Shown: positions 1 through 13,884 of the stretch, piece by piece
How positions within the stretch are numbered: position 1 is the stretch's first letter
Layout: each line of letters begins with the position of its first letter
Made by a program: the position numbers and the translations under genes
The notes under the pieces: generated by a model
The model's database searches: none
The model's input: the letters and a program-made list of their open reading frames with translations, nothing else
What the model was told of the DNA's origin: nothing
NCBI GenBank assembly: GCA_002633005.1
Contig: NMRA01000115.1
Location: 765,965-829,964 of the forward strand
DNA: 64,000 bases
Reading direction: 5' to 3'
Source: Phoronis australis
Taxonomy: Eukaryota > Animalia > Phoronida

Positions 1-227
1 ACAAAAACTGAAAGTGAATTCAAAACAAAACGTAATTCTACCACATTCACCTAGTCACAACCAATGTAATCCTACCTTTTTTGGCAATGCAACTACTCTG
101 TCGTAATACATTTCGACCTGATCACCAAAAACAAATCAATGTTGGCTTCCAGAAATTCCCAGTATTCCCCATTTGAGAATTACTTGTGTACAATCATAGC
201 CAATTCCTTAACAACAATCTGGCAACT

Positions 228-256
228 GTTGCTATGGCAACTGTTACTATGGCAAT
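228..256. promoter_or_regulatory. Tandem RFX X-box-like motifs (GTTGCTATGGCAAC, GTTACTATGGCAAT)
   Basis: Near-consensus X-box at 228-241 and a second at 243-256, with 15-bp periodicity. Confidence 0.4.
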
Positions 257-3200
257 TGTAGCTACAGTATACAATTCCAAAATCAGATAATCTGGAATGA
301 TTCTAGCGGAACTTTTAATAAATTCCAAACGACAGAGAAAAGTGATTGAATAAAAATATCACATGTTTTCCACGGTAAGAAGGATCATTTTAGTCTAATA
401 CACTCCAACGATAGAAATATCGAGAAAACTCCATTGTGCACACCTTTAAGACATGTCTGAGATAGTTCATCAAAATAAGTCAAATGAGAACAAAACAAGA
501 TAATTAGCAAATTCCACAAAAGAACAAAAATACACTAAAACTCACATAAGTTGGACATATGACAAACAAAGTAGTTTATCCACTTAAGCCTCCAAATGAG
601 TCGCATTTTGCCATACATGGATGGATGAAATCTCTGTCTAACTGCATCCAATTTATGCTAGTTTTCTTGTAAACATCAATTAAAGGGCCCAGATGCATTC
701 ATAAAAACCTCTAGATGATAGCAAATGGTGACTGATAACATGTACTTTCTATTAACTCCATATGGCAACATCCTGTACTCAAGGCCATGCATTCTTTCCA
801 TTAAAGAGGCCTGGAACGCGATAAAAAGTTCTGCTCGTCTCTTTGTCGATATTTGTCCACAAGGCAAAGCATGCCTCCTAATTTGGTATGGCAAAACATA
901 GACAAAGCATATTTCCCTTACATGGAAATTGTGACCTTTGACCTCAAGTAATTTTAAACAAATGACTGTGAGGACATGCGCACATTTATCATAAGTGGGA
1001 TGGAGATTAGAAACTATGTGGTAACCATAGAGTTTTTTCTTCTCCCATATTTTAAAAAGCGTGAATTTTAGGATTTTTTGGAAAGTGAATTACTCTGTAC
1101 CAGAGTTGTTTAAAAGATATTTTTGGCAAGCTTTCGCATTCCATGCCTCCTTAAGCCAACGTTGCCATTATTACATCTGAGATTGGAATTTGTATTGCTT
1201 AACTCCTGACTAATTAGCGTAAAAAAGTTACCTGTACTTTTTAAATTTGCCAGGACCAAAACTTAAGAGAATGATCTTAGAACTTCAGAGCAAAAATTCC
1301 AAACTTATAATAAACTAGACACAATAATTTTGGAGGTTAAATGCAAATAAGCCCCTTCCATAAAAGGTATATTACCACAGTATATCGAGAGTCCTGAAAT
1401 TCAGCGCAACAAGTGGAAACAAATTACATAGTTATCAGGTACTAATATCACAGCAAACCAACACTCCTCTTGACGGGGTTCTCTTGAGGTACAAGGGTGC
1501 AAAGTTCAAAGGTGAAAAACTGTAGGGAAGGTTTCATCAGGGTGGGACAGAAACACAGGTTAAAAATTTAATAATAAACTTGAGAAAAGGGAGGATTTAA
1601 AATTTAGAGGAGTCTCAAAAGTAGGGTGGTGCCTAGACAGACCACATACTTTAAAGTTAGAGAACTAAGTGTTAAAACTTATTTATCTTTCAAAACTTTT
1701 TTGCATTAGTTTAAATCCTTCATATCCCTAAAACTGGTTTTATTCACTGGTAAATAGCCACATACAGCACATTATTTTCAAAATTAATTTCTTGATCGCG
1801 ATTATCAAAATTTTCACAAGAAATACAACCTAATTCTTTTTGGAGGGGTGGGTTGATGCTTGCAAGAAGGCTTAATCATTTTGACAGTATCAAATTGACA
1901 GAGGGGAAATGGAAAATTAACATCATGAAAATATGACGAAATAACAACAGCTTTATTACTGCCACAATTCTTTGATGAAAACGTCCAGCCACTTTTGTAA
2001 TGGCTATAACATTACATGCATTTTCTGAAAATACAGGATCCAGATTTGATTTCGAGACATAAAGAATTTACTACACTGGCAACCAGACAGACAAATTATA
2101 AATTTTAGATTTAAAAACCTGAGACAGTAACAGTACAACAAAAAAGTAAAACAGTCCTACATTCTACAAGCGGCACATGACAAGTTGGACTGTCCAAAGT
2201 TGAGAAATGTTGAAACTGCGACAAGTCTTCGCAAGACCATATTTCCTGGCTAATGATACTCCAGCGTGTTATTTAAATGACCTCTTATCAAAATGTGCAC
2301 TTTAGGGTGAAGGGCAGCTGGAAAAGTGTGCATTTTGTACACTCAAGAAAATGGCAATAATAATGGTCCCAAACTGATTTGGAGACAATTCTTTTAATAT
2401 TATTTTCTTAAGAATTTACATATTAGTTAAAACATTATGCAGTAGAGAGATACTAGCTTTTGTGGCTAATAACCATCATGGCAAACTTGATTCATTCTTA
2501 TATTGAAGCTGAACATGGGAGATGTTTAGTATTGGGGAATTGCTGTATGTGGACTTAAGCTTTAAAACTAGCATACCTGGTGAAGCCTGCCAAGGTTTCA
2601 TTCACGAAACAAAAAGAAAATGCAAAAAGTGTGTAAAATCACTACTTCATTGAAATATGCTATTCTCAGTACTTAAGGTCTGTTGCTTGCGAATTAATGC
2701 AGTAGAAATGCATACTGACTATATGTACTAAAACACGCAACATTAAAAATAATTCCCGAAACTGTCTTGTCAAATGAACAATGTGAAAAATAACAGCAAA
2801 TCACACAACTGACCACACCAAAGGGTAGCGAGTGGATGTTTGGTTCAATTGCTAGTACAATTGACCTTTTTACGGACAGATGAAACCACAGCACAGCTAT
2901 CTGGTAAATCCTGTTTCTTATGACTAAAATTCAACTCAGTGCAGCAACAAATAATTTCCCTCAATACATTGTGCAGGTGATGTCTTTCTCTATCAGTAAA
3001 AAGAACAATGTCATTGGATATTTAATTAGACATGATAAAAGGCTTCAGATGGAAATTGAAGATTTGTCCTCACTCAGTTGAAAACTGGAATGAATGCTGG
3101 GAACAGATTGGTCTGCACTCAATTCATACGTTACCTCTGTTTGGCCGAAGACAGAATTCTGGGATTGACAAATTAAAAGACATAATGAAAAACATTGTGC

Positions 3201-3588
3201 ATGCCTAGGAATCCTTCATGGCTGTGTCTTAGATTGAGAAATCTTTGTTAAAAGAAAGCAAACAACAGATTTTGAATAACACGTGTTGTAGAACCAATGG
3301 AAAACACTATGTGATCACCACTATGGAAAAGTTAATTTATTGTGTTCTCATCAATTTCTAAATTAAAAACAAAAAATATTAATAGCCTGAGCACAACTTG
3401 TACTCATACCACGAAGGCATCCCATGCATTTAACTTTTGAGCAATATATCCGACATCAGCTAAGGAATGTTAACACAAATTTGAAAAACGTGACACATTT
3501 TCCCGAGAAATGTATTGAATGACACCAATCGCCATTGAACATTAAACACACGACATCATAAAAGTTGACATGATTCAACTTCAGTTAC

Positions 3589-3816
3589 CTTGTAAATATG
3601 TTGGGTTTTCTTTCTACGCTGTATTATCACATCTTCTGCAGCATCCTCCATTTTGATCGGAGCCTTCTGTCGTTCGTTGAACTTCTCTGAAGCCAAGAAC
3701 AGTGGGAGCCATTTTTTCTCCAGCCTCTCTTGCACATAGCTTTGAGCCTCCATTAAGCTTTCTGTCGGTGGACGATCATTGAGAAGCTTACCCCAGCCAC
3801 CGCCAGCCTCCATCAC
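3589..3816 (-). CDS. RGS22: RGS22-like, exon 13 (VMEAGGGWGKLL...RLEKKWLPLFLASEKF...IYK); gene continues beyond the window start
   Basis: GGWG and WLPxFLAS motifs; ends at a GTAAC donor. The last RGS domain of RGS22 was not found in 1-3588. Confidence 0.92.
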
Positions 3817-4562
3817 CTGTAAATGATTAACCTCAGGTAATTAAGAAGGCTTTCATGCTCAATGGATTTTTAATATGAGTAAGAAAATTAAGTGATAACT
3901 CTAAAGGTGAAAAGATTTTAAGTCATTCTGTAACATTGTTGAACAGAGATAAATGAAAAATCAATCACACCATATACTTTTCTTCCTTAAAAGATTTTTG
4001 TTACACAAAAAATGAATTATACTATTTCTCATTCACAAAACAACTCAGTAATGGACAAATGACTAATAGAATAATTGTATAGAATATATTTGTTAACATA
4101 CCTGTTTGGGTGAACACAGAACTATAAGACACTAGATAGCCAACACTTGATGAAAACTCACATTCTCAAGCAGAACACTTAAAAGCTTCATGATCAACAA
4201 AAAAATTTTGAACATTTACTACAAGCATATTTTGCTAAGAAATTCCTAGCAATCCAATTTCAACTGACAACAAATCTTGTGATTCAAAAAGTTTATTTTT
4301 TCAACATAAAAAGAAATCAGTTGTTGTGATTTAGGGTAGGAACAAATGAACAGTATAAACCAGTCACTCCAAATGAATGCTCATCTCATAGACCAACTTT
4401 CCTCAAATAACTTCTCTCGACATGCCAACAACTGGAAATTCCTATGAATGAAAGCTGTCTCTAGCACTCTTTACTTTGACACATGACTTTTTACCCTTGA
4501 CATGACCTCATTCCTACCAATAACAGATCTTCACCTCTAATTCCTTCCCTTTCTCCACATAC

Positions 4563-4892
4563 CTTATTCTGTCCCTCTCTACCAGCAGGACTGTTTGGAC
4601 CAAAGAAATACTTCTTGTTCAAGTACTTGACTCGAATGTCTTTTGCCTTCATTTCCCGTTTCTTGTCATCTTTCGGAGGCAGACGGCGGAATGCTTCAAT
4701 ATCCATCCAGCATAAAAGGTCAGTGCTAGCGTAGTTCTCGGCCAGGAATTCCCTAAAATGTTCCAGTTCTATCCGGTGGTGAATAAGCTTGTCCAAGGTG
4801 AAGTCGCGATACTCCTCGGGAATACGCTCCAACAGCGCCGGATCATATTCTGGGTCCTTGTAACCCTCCATTTCATCAGGAGTGACTGGTCT
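4563..4892 (-). CDS. RGS22: RGS22-like, exon 12 (RGS domain: LEHFREFLAENYASTDLLCWMDIEAFRR...YLNKKYFFGPNSPA)
   Basis: RGS-domain pattern plus the RGS22 motif YLNKKYFFGPNSPA. Confidence 0.95.
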
Positions 4893-6760
4893 CTGAAAAT
4901 GAAAGTCTGGCATGAATAACTGAATAAAGCAACATTTACTATTCAGTGAATAAACTTCAATAATCCACGGATATTACATAAATTTTGGTAACGTTATAAA
5001 CTGCACACTTACTACTCAAGCATGAAGTCAAGAAATAACTAAAGCCAAAAAGTATTTTGGTTTTGGTCTGTGCCCAGACTCCTTTTAAACCTGTTGCACC
5101 TAAAGGAAAGAACAGTACCCACTCACATTATTTTTAGGGAATGCAAAGTTCTTTATCCTTTTGCGAAAGTCACTCAAAAGTCACTCGAAAGCCTCCGAGC
5201 TTAGTTCTTATAGTGACCATATCACTTTCACTGATATCAGAAGTTTGTATTTGAAAATTAAGATCAAAATGCCACATCACCGGATCAATTTTCAAAAAAA
5301 AAACAAACCAAAACCAAATTAATGTGCTTGGCTTTTTTGGTTAGGCCCATCAAGATGAACTTATTTGCCAAGGTAGTATTAGATTCAAGATGTAGTTGAA
5401 ATTCAGTTAGTTAAACTTTGTAGGAGGCATGGCCGCAGTAAGCCTCCTTCAATGTTTTAGACAGTGACATGTAAATGCTCTGGGTGGTCCTTACAATACC
5501 TGAAATAAAGTCATAGCCCGATATTCATTTAGTCACCAATTTTGGAGTGTTAATTGACCTAAATTTCATTTTGCTTTTTGACATCAAATCAAAATGCAAC
5601 TTTCTCCAAGACAAAAAATAATTTATAAATGGAAGTTGACTAGTTTCCAAATTTATTTTTAAGCCTGATTAAAAATAATTACCCTAAACAGAAGCTGTTC
5701 AAACACCCTATAATAACTCATACTCAACACCAACTGATGAAGAGTGAATCAAAATAATGGATTAACGTACCAACACCAAACTTAGTTCATAAAATATAGT
5801 ATCCACGCAACAAATGACAATTCAAACTTCAAAGTGCTATCAACCATGCTGATGGTAAAAAACCAAGTGTTTAAACAGGTAAGTGTGTACTAAGCAAATG
5901 AGTTTCTTACAAACGCAATCCAACATTAATGGTTTTAAGAACTCTGAAACGAAACAGAACAATAAACCATCGCTGTAACAAATGCACCAACCGTCCATGG
6001 AAACAGGGACATCATGTGATGGAACTATAAATAAGATTAATATTGAAAATGGAAGAAATTATGTTGAAATTGTCAAGTTTTGTAAATGATATGATAAAAA
6101 GTCAATTAATAATTATTAGTCCAAACAACCAGTCACGTACTTGTTAGTAGACAATTCAATCACAGAAAGCATTGCCTTTGTCAAACGACTTGCTCTGGCT
6201 CAACAAATGTGAGGCCAAGGCTGCCGGTGGGAAGGACAAATCTTCAGATGGGAAGCACTGAGGCTCAAAAAATTCAGGGGACAGAAGAGACATATAGGAA
6301 TGGTAGGGTTGTGATGGGAAGCACAGGCTATTTTTTATTCATGTCATTGCCATGCCATATGTCAAATCACAGTACAGGCGATGTACACCTAAAAAATTAA
6401 ATTTCACGCAAAAAAAACAATTCAGCTCCAGAAAATATATGGTTCGACCCTCCCATTCAACACAGTTGCTGTGGTATTTCAGATAGCTGATATTCTGTGC
6501 AAGATTTATTGGTGTGCTAATAAATTAAACAATGATGCTACTGTCACAACCCTGTCTTTCCACTTGTTTGATCGTCCGCTGGATTCAGCCTTCCTTTCGG
6601 AAGGTCTTATCCTACCCATCAGCAGTCCGAGTCTGACACTGCAGCATCAAGCCTGCGATTTTCTGGTTAATCTTTACCATTACTTCCAAATGAACTTAAA
6701 GGCCAATGAAGTAATAATAATTGTAACACGACATTGCATGATTTAATGAATTATACTAAC

Positions 6761-6844
6761 CTCTTTGATAAGGCCCTGGCGTTGCAAGTTGATAACATAT
6801 TTGTTTTTAGTCTCCAGATGGCGTGTCACATCAACCAACTCCAC
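6761..6844 (-). CDS. RGS22: RGS22-like, exon 11 (VELVDVTRHLETKNKYVINLQRQGLIKE)
   Basis: 28 codons, TAG/GTTAG, phase 0. Confidence 0.85.
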
Positions 6845-7786
6845 CTAGTGGTGAAATAAACTTCTCATTGATTTTGCTATTGAGTAAATGCACACACATT
6901 CCATTTCACAAAGAAATTTATCTTTAAATAGTTACTATGCTAAACTTAAAATCCCCTAAAAATCTAAAAGAATCCAAATCTTGGCAACTTTCATTTCCTA
7001 CTACAAGTCAAATGCAATAACACACAAATATTGGGGCAATGAAAAAAAGCCTTAACTCCAAATCCAAAATTAAATCAAATGGAATTTCCATCATCAACGT
7101 TTTCCATTCAAGCAATACAACTTTTATCACCAGCAAAACCCATTAACTGTAGAACTGTAATTTTCAAGAAAACATTCCTTTTATATTAAAGTCAGCGAAA
7201 TGACAGAGCAAAAATGTTTGGTTCATTTTCAAATTAGTTGGTGCTATTTTCACCAGAATGTTACCCGGCTTTTTGGTGGTTTAAAAAATGAGACAAAACA
7301 CTAAATAATTTCATCCATCTCGTAGTTAAGCTGAGTGGATAAGGCTCTTTTCAGCACAGATGAAAATTGATGAACCTGTGAACATTTTCGGATCCCCTCG
7401 TCAGCATCCATTCCTAAACTAATATTGCCTTTGTTTGGGACGTGTGACGTTGCAGAGATGTTCGGTGAATGTGACTCATAAATGAATACAGACTCGGGAC
7501 AGTTTCATCTAGACATTTCTTACAATTTATAGTATACTGAGGTTTGGTCAAACAATCAGATTCACCGGATGCACTTTCCGTGACATCACAAGTCACAACT
7601 CATCAGTTATACATAAGTTTGACAAGTTACTGTAACAGATAACTACAAGGCACGCCAATGCTGCAGAAAAAAAATTTATCCATTCAAAGTTTAACAACAT
7701 TTGTCAACATTTTTCAAACTACTGCATATTGCAAATGGTCACGAAAGTTATTTATATATTTTGAATTTCATTTAGGACTATCTCAC

Positions 7787-7981
7787 CTTAGAGTACGTCA
7801 GTTTGTCACTGGCTGTTAGTACATTAAAGACCTCATGCAGTACACTGATCACATACTCCTCAAGGCCATCGAACAGTTCTTCAAAAGGAGGCTCCAGACA
7901 TTTCTTCACACCATAAGTTATCTTGGCTCCACACTGAACATAGTTTGGACCAGTAAGAACAGTGTAGCGAGAATAAATAGA
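7787..7981 (-). CDS. RGS22: RGS22-like, exon 10 (SIYSRY...PPFEELFDGLEEYV...)
   Basis: RGS22 motif PPFEELFD; canonical splice sites. Confidence 0.92.
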
Positions 7982-8683
7982 CTGAAAGAAGGACAAAACA
8001 GATGTCATTGTCAAACTGTGACAACTGTATTGTAACAAGCATTGTACATTGTCTCAACTGTGTCAGCAAGCGTTTAGCCTTCAACACAAGACGGTTGACA
8101 CACAATAATTCACCAGTAATTCGACACAAAAATAATATTGACAAAATTGACGTTTTCCAATTTTTCAAAGCCTTGCTAAGTCGGCAACAAATTATCACAA
8201 CTTCACCAGATGGCACCTTCAAGAATTCAAATCGTTGCCAATAGAGCCAAATTAAAATTAAGTAATTTAACGTTTTCCCTCTGGCGAGCAACCGGAAATT
8301 ATGGGCACGATTCAAAACACTATACTTGTGATCTGACAACTGAATAATATTATCTACTTTTATTCTAAATAAAAAAATTTTGTAATAAAAGTGAGAGCAC
8401 TTTGACAAAGAAAAGTGGAAAAATAAATTGCTTTGCCCAGTGATCTACCCATCTCAGAAGACTGAGCAATGGCAAGAGGAAACGAAAATATTTCTAAAGA
8501 TGCCCGACTAGTAAAGCAAGCTTTCCCTGAAGATCATTTCTGTTGATAAACCAAAAAATTCCACTTCATCATGGGATTGAGTGCTAAATAAAAAATTAAG
8601 ATCTACTGTATTGTGCCTTGGGTCATCTCATTAACGTCCACCGTTTGACAATGAAATAAGTTAAGAAAGTTAAGAAGACTCAC

Positions 8684-8785
8684 CCTGGCTTTTTTACGGA
8701 CCAAGTTGACGTCAAACACTTCGTTGTAAAATAATTTATGGTACTCTTGGACTTCTTGCCAAACATCAATGCAGTTCAGCCACAG
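8684..8785 (-). CDS. RGS22: RGS22-like, exon 9 (LWLNCIDVWQEVQEYHKLFY...KKAR)
   Basis: RGS-like helix (W..V..Y); CAG/GTGAG; phase 0. Confidence 0.9.
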
Positions 8786-9700
8786 CTGGTTAATAAATCA
8801 AAGGAAATAAATTAATTAGTAAACTGAATTAATGCAATAAATCATTCTATCATAAAATTACGAAAAAGTATCACCAATGTAGTACACAATACGGCCAACA
8901 AGTGAAATTTTATTTTCTCATTTTTCATAAAGGATATGTAGCACCATATCAATGCTTTTGCTTTTCAAAATCTGTAGTGAAGTTACCACCAGATATTGTG
9001 TGGAAAAGTTGTGGAGATCCACAATAATTGAAGCCTTTGAAAAATGATAGAGTGCAATTTTAACAATTATTTTTGTTTGAAAATGGTGAGATTTTACCAT
9101 ATACACAGTTGAACCACAGTACGCACTAAAAGTATTCAGACAAAATACGCAGTTAAACTGCCACTTAAAGTCCAGGTGATAGGTCAATTATTTTTAGGCT
9201 TGAGAAGAACAGTTTATTATTGTTAGACATGAGACTGATCGACAAGTTTGCATATCAAGGGGGGTAGCTTCAGCCATGCACCGAAACAGCATGTTTGGCA
9301 AACATTTTTACTATTTCATATCTATTGTAAGCAAATTAAGGATAAGTGCATGAGAAAGTTGATTTGGAAAGACACGCCAACAAAGAAGTCATTTTGTGAC
9401 ATCAGAACGTAGTTTACAATGGCTAACACCAGGGTAAACTTCTTCAATTCAGGTGATTTTTCAGAACATAGACTTTTTGTTCCCTTAATAAGTTTACATG
9501 ATATCAATCTCCACTTTCAATTCGTCTCATTCAAGACACTCGCTCACCTGAGGTGAAAGGTGCCTGATTAGGACAATTCTGTGTGGCTTTCAAAAATTGT
9601 TCATAAGGGAAATATTCTGGCCCAATATTGAGGCATCAAGGGCCCTGACATAAAATTTTTTTGTCCTTTTTCTACTAGTTTTCATTTTAGTTGAACTCAC

Positions 9701-10528
9701 AGGATTGTTTGATGCTTTGATGTAGTCCCGTAGGAATTTCCCAGCATTCCCTTCACTGTTCAACGCCTCCAGCAGACCCTCCATTCTACGGCCGCCCAAG
9801 AACACAGACTCCACAGACTGAGGAGTTTTCACCCCACCAACTTTTCCAAGCAACTTTTCAGATTTCACTGACTGGGGTCTCGAAGGGGGTTTGGCCTCTG
9901 TCGGAGGTTCTGGTAGGAACACTTGCTCTGATGGCGCCAAGGCACCGTCACTTCCATGGACTGATGGTGGCGAGGGTTGCAACACCCCGCTACCTGGTCG
10001 TGATAAATTAACCGATGGTCGAGCGCTTCCAGATCGTGAACCAGGAGCAGAGGCTTTGGTGGTGTCAACAAGAGTCTCACTAACAGGGCCAGATTGTGGC
10101 ACTGCGTCTTCTACTACAGCCTTTTCACTGGCAGTTCTAGAAGATGGTTCCATTGGCATGACATCAACAACAGCACTTCCCGTCCGTGAACCTGTCAATG
10201 ATGGTTTTGCACTTGTGGGGCGCCATTTTTCTGTTAATGTTACATCCTCAGGAACTACAGATTTCGGTCTCTCAGCAGCGCTCATAGGGCGTTTGGGTGT
10301 ACCCTCAGGCGTCCCTTTCTGGCTCCCAGTGAGTGACGCCGTCAGCATTTCCTTCTTATTCACTTCCTCCTCTTTTTGTTTCAGTTGTGCGTGATACTCT
10401 TTGGCAGCAGGATGAAGATACTTTCTGTTAGCCGGATGTAGCAGTGTAGGCATGGTGAATGTTCGACGCTGAGGAATGGCAGGTTTCATGACGGGCAAGG
10501 GGAGCTCACGTGGTGACTTGGGTTTAGA
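9701..10528 (-). CDS. RGS22: RGS22-like, exon 8 (Pro/Ser-rich linker, ending GGRRMEGLLEALNSEGNAG...)
   Basis: 276 codons; TAG acceptor and GTGAG donor. Confidence 0.9.
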
Positions 10529-10992
10529 CTAGAAACAACATTATGCACTCAAGAAGGGGTACAGATTAATTAATTGCCAATGATAAAAATAAAAATAAGC
10601 CAAATAAAAAATGCCTAGGCCTAAGGCATATTGCTTTCCAAATCACAAGCCTTAGGATGCCCTTAAAACATAAGCACGATACAGCAATGTGTAGTGCAAA
10701 ATTTTAAACCATTCTTACGGTTTGGTAAAAATAATACAAACTCATTCAAATTCACGCTTTTCACATGAAAGACGAGACTTCCTGAATGTCGAATTACAAG
10801 AAAGCCTTTTATTCTGGCCACTTAATTATTTTTCAAGGAAATTTTGTGAAAATGAGTACAGTTGACTATTATACATTAACTTTCAGCAAAGGAAAGCTTA
10901 CAGCATTACACATTTTAATTTGATTTTCCAGATTACATTATTTTCATTATATTGTAGAACCTTTGTGAATTTTTCAAAAAATGTCAAAATAC

Positions 10993-11200
10993 CTGTCCTG
11001 CTGCCGAGAAGTCAACTTCGACTTGTCTGATGCGTGGCTGACATGACTTTGGCCTCAAAGGAAGTTTGGTCACTGTTCTTGGGTACGGATAAGACAGCAT
11101 CGCCCTCTGCTGGGCAGACTTGATGCGCCGTTGATGAAAGTAGATAGGGTTCTTGTCTGGGTTGATCTGCGACGTCTGCTGGATGAGGAACCGAGGTGAC
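10993..11200 (-). CDS. RGS22: RGS22-like, exon 7 (SPRFLIQQ...LPLRPKSCQPR...GQ)
   Basis: Read in a frame not shown in the ORF track; completes YW-xPRF and contains LPLRPKSC; CAG/GTA. Confidence 0.88.
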
Positions 11201-11589
11201 CTGTGTACACAATTAGAATTGTTAAAAGACTATTAAAATTATGACTAAATTATGACTTAACAGTGAGACATATACATGTGACCAATTTTCAAAATTTTGA
11301 CAATTTGCAAGTAGGGCCTACTTCTAAGATCTAAAAAGATTAAACTTAATCACTTTCAATTTACAGAGTTTGATCACACTGTGACAGCCATGCACTAGTC
11401 AGCTTCAGGTATGGATGGAAACAGACGTCTTTGTTGCTTCACTAGTTATCAGTGTGTTATTGTTATTGTTATTGTTATTGTGGTATTACATACTATTAAG
11501 TCTTCAAATTTGTACACCGTGTAAATTATGTATACGGGTTATTGCAAAAAGAACAGTTTAAATTGTGAAACTTGTTTTAACAATCTTAC

Positions 11590-11751
11590 CAGTAGGTCAG
11601 CAGACGCTCAGCCACTTTAGGCTGTAGTTGAGTCAGACTTTGCAACGTCCACTGAGATGACTGCAACAGGCCCAGCGCCTGTTTAGCTTCGTTGCCCAGC
11701 TCATAGATACCACCTGTGCGTTGGTATTGCTCTCGGATGGCATCCTCCCAA
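11590..11751 (-). CDS. RGS22: RGS22-like, exon 6 (WEDAIREQY...ERLLTYW)
   Basis: Phase 2 at both ends; canonical splice sites. Confidence 0.88.
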
Positions 11752-12664
11752 CTGTAGAAATAACACCCAATGTCTTTTAAATTCTGCTTTCTGAATGTAC
11801 ATGTCCCCTCTTTTAGACACAAAATACTGCGAAATTCAATTCCAGGAAGAAAGGAAAATTCTGTCGTATCTTCACCATAAGGAGACAAAAAATTGTAGGA
11901 CCACCTAAGCTAATTAATCAAATACTCAAATAATAAATATTTTTTCTAGTAAGGAAGGCCTGGGGGACAAATATCGTCAGAATTATACATACATTTTGAA
12001 ATCTGCTTTTGGTGAATTAAAATAAAATTCTTTTTTGAGCGTGAAAAGGATTCTATGTGGACACCATCACCGGTCAAGGTTGGGCAACTCGACCATTTTG
12101 TGTACTGCGAAATCTGCGGCAATCTTCAAAGACACCATGCAGTTGTAAGCAATTACAACACCAGCAGACACCACAGGATGCTGATGGTATTCTCTAGATA
12201 AACAAGACCCACCACAAACACAAGGGGGAGACAATGGTAGTTTTTAAATTTTCATTTTGAAAGTTTTTGAGTAGCATATTTAAATAGTTCGTGAAAAGTA
12301 CACAAGGTTATGTTTTTGAAAACCCGACAAGAAATGTGACGACATAAAACTTATTGAGGTAAGCCAAATACCATCGTACAAGTCTTGGCATTTTTTCATC
12401 CAGTCTTGACAAAATTCTCAAATTCTTTGACAAATTATCAATTATTCAAACACTCTCTTTTATTTTTTTCAGCGTGCGTCCATAACTTAAAATTTGTTGT
12501 AGTTTGTTAATTTTAAATTTGTCCAGATACGTGCATAAAAACGAATACCTGCGTGTAATCGGTAGCCTCTTCGTGAAATATAACTCTGAAATACATCATT
12601 TCAAACAATTTCATAAATGTATTTTTCCTTTTGAAAATTCAATTATTCAGTTACAATAACTTAC

Positions 12665-13884
12665 GCTATCTGCTTAGTCCTTTCTTTGACCAGTTTGCCA
12701 CGATCGATGTCCAACCAAAAGTTGAGATACTTCTCTCCAGCAGTTCCCTGCAAAAACTTCTTGAAGGCATCAATGCCACCTTTGGACGTCAAGCTGGTCA
12801 TTTTTGTTGGTTTACGTTGTCGGAAGAACGTGTCCTCATCTTCATAATCGTCATCACTTGCCAGCAGTGAGTCGTGATCGCTGTCTGTCTTTTTCGGCTC
12901 CTCGACTTCTACCTCGCTTTCCTCTTGGCTATCTTCTTCTTCCTTTTCCTCAACAATGGCCACTCGTTCAAGCTGCTCAACACAGACATCGTGAAAGTTT
13001 TCGGGATAACAATTCCTCAGAATCTCATAATTTTCCAGAACATTTTCGGGTTCGTAACCTGACATGTCAGCCAACGCCGATTTCAGGATAGTTCCAACAA
13101 CCACTTGACCCAGTTCTTCAAAGCTGCTGAATACAAGTGTTCCTGGAGGGGGCGCCACATCACTGATGTGTTCATTATTTTCAGTAATAACACTGTCATG
13201 ATCATCATCCTTCTCCACATCCGCACACTTTGGTTGACTGTAAACCCTACTGCCTATTCTCGGGGATTTTTCTTCGTCGACAATTTCACACACGTTCTCT
13301 GACGGCCGAGGTGTGTGAGGCTTGAAAGATTCTGCCGTATACAGCTTGCTATTGACCAAATCCTGATCTTCACCATCCAATGACAATGCAGATGTGTAGG
13401 CAACACTTTCACCAATACCCGATGTTTTTGCTGGACTATCAGCGCCATCTAAACGCATGTATTTGCCACTGCCTGGCGTGCTTATAGCACTGAATGGGCG
13501 GGAACTCGGTCGAGCTGCACCTGTGACCACTGCACTGACTGGCCTATCCATTGCAGCAGTGGTCGACATTTCAAGCACCATCTGTGCTTGAGACACCCAA
13601 GCCTGAGTCTCTGATGGTGTTGACTCCCCGAGACTAACAAACAGGTCCTTTATCAACACGTCTGTAATATCGGGCTCTGGTTCAGGTTCAATATCAGCTG
13701 GGTTAATTTTTGCAGGCCTAAGATCGTGATTAACTTTTATCCGCACTGATTTTCCCTTGGCATTATGTAATTTTACCTGAGACAGAATACTGGCAAGCCT
13801 GTACTCATGGTAACAGTCACTTTTGAGAAATGAAGGAAGTCTCTCGGCTTTAATCCAGTGGATACCCTGTTCTTTGTTCAGTGT
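12665..13884 (-). CDS. RGS22: RGS22-like, exon 5 (1220 nt; GIHWIKAERLPSFLKSDCYHEYRLA...FKKFLQGTAGEKYLNFWLDID)
   Basis: Long ORF with the RGS22 signature W-IK-ERLP-FL-SDCY-EYRLA and the start of an RGS-like domain; CAG/GTAAG. Confidence 0.95.

Noticed and set aside
6550-6625. Short minus-strand frame MGRIRPSERKAESSGRSNKWKDR as an internal first exon of RGS22
   Set aside because: Weak donor and no homology support.
9891-10394. 167-aa plus-strand ORF, and others at 12631-13302
   Set aside because: Antisense shadows of RGS22 exons.
12549-12585. 37-nt exon-like segment (TTTCAG...CAG|GTATTC) in RGS22 intron 5
   Set aside because: It would shift the frame, and exons 5 and 6 already join in phase. 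A poison exon cannot be supported without RNA data.
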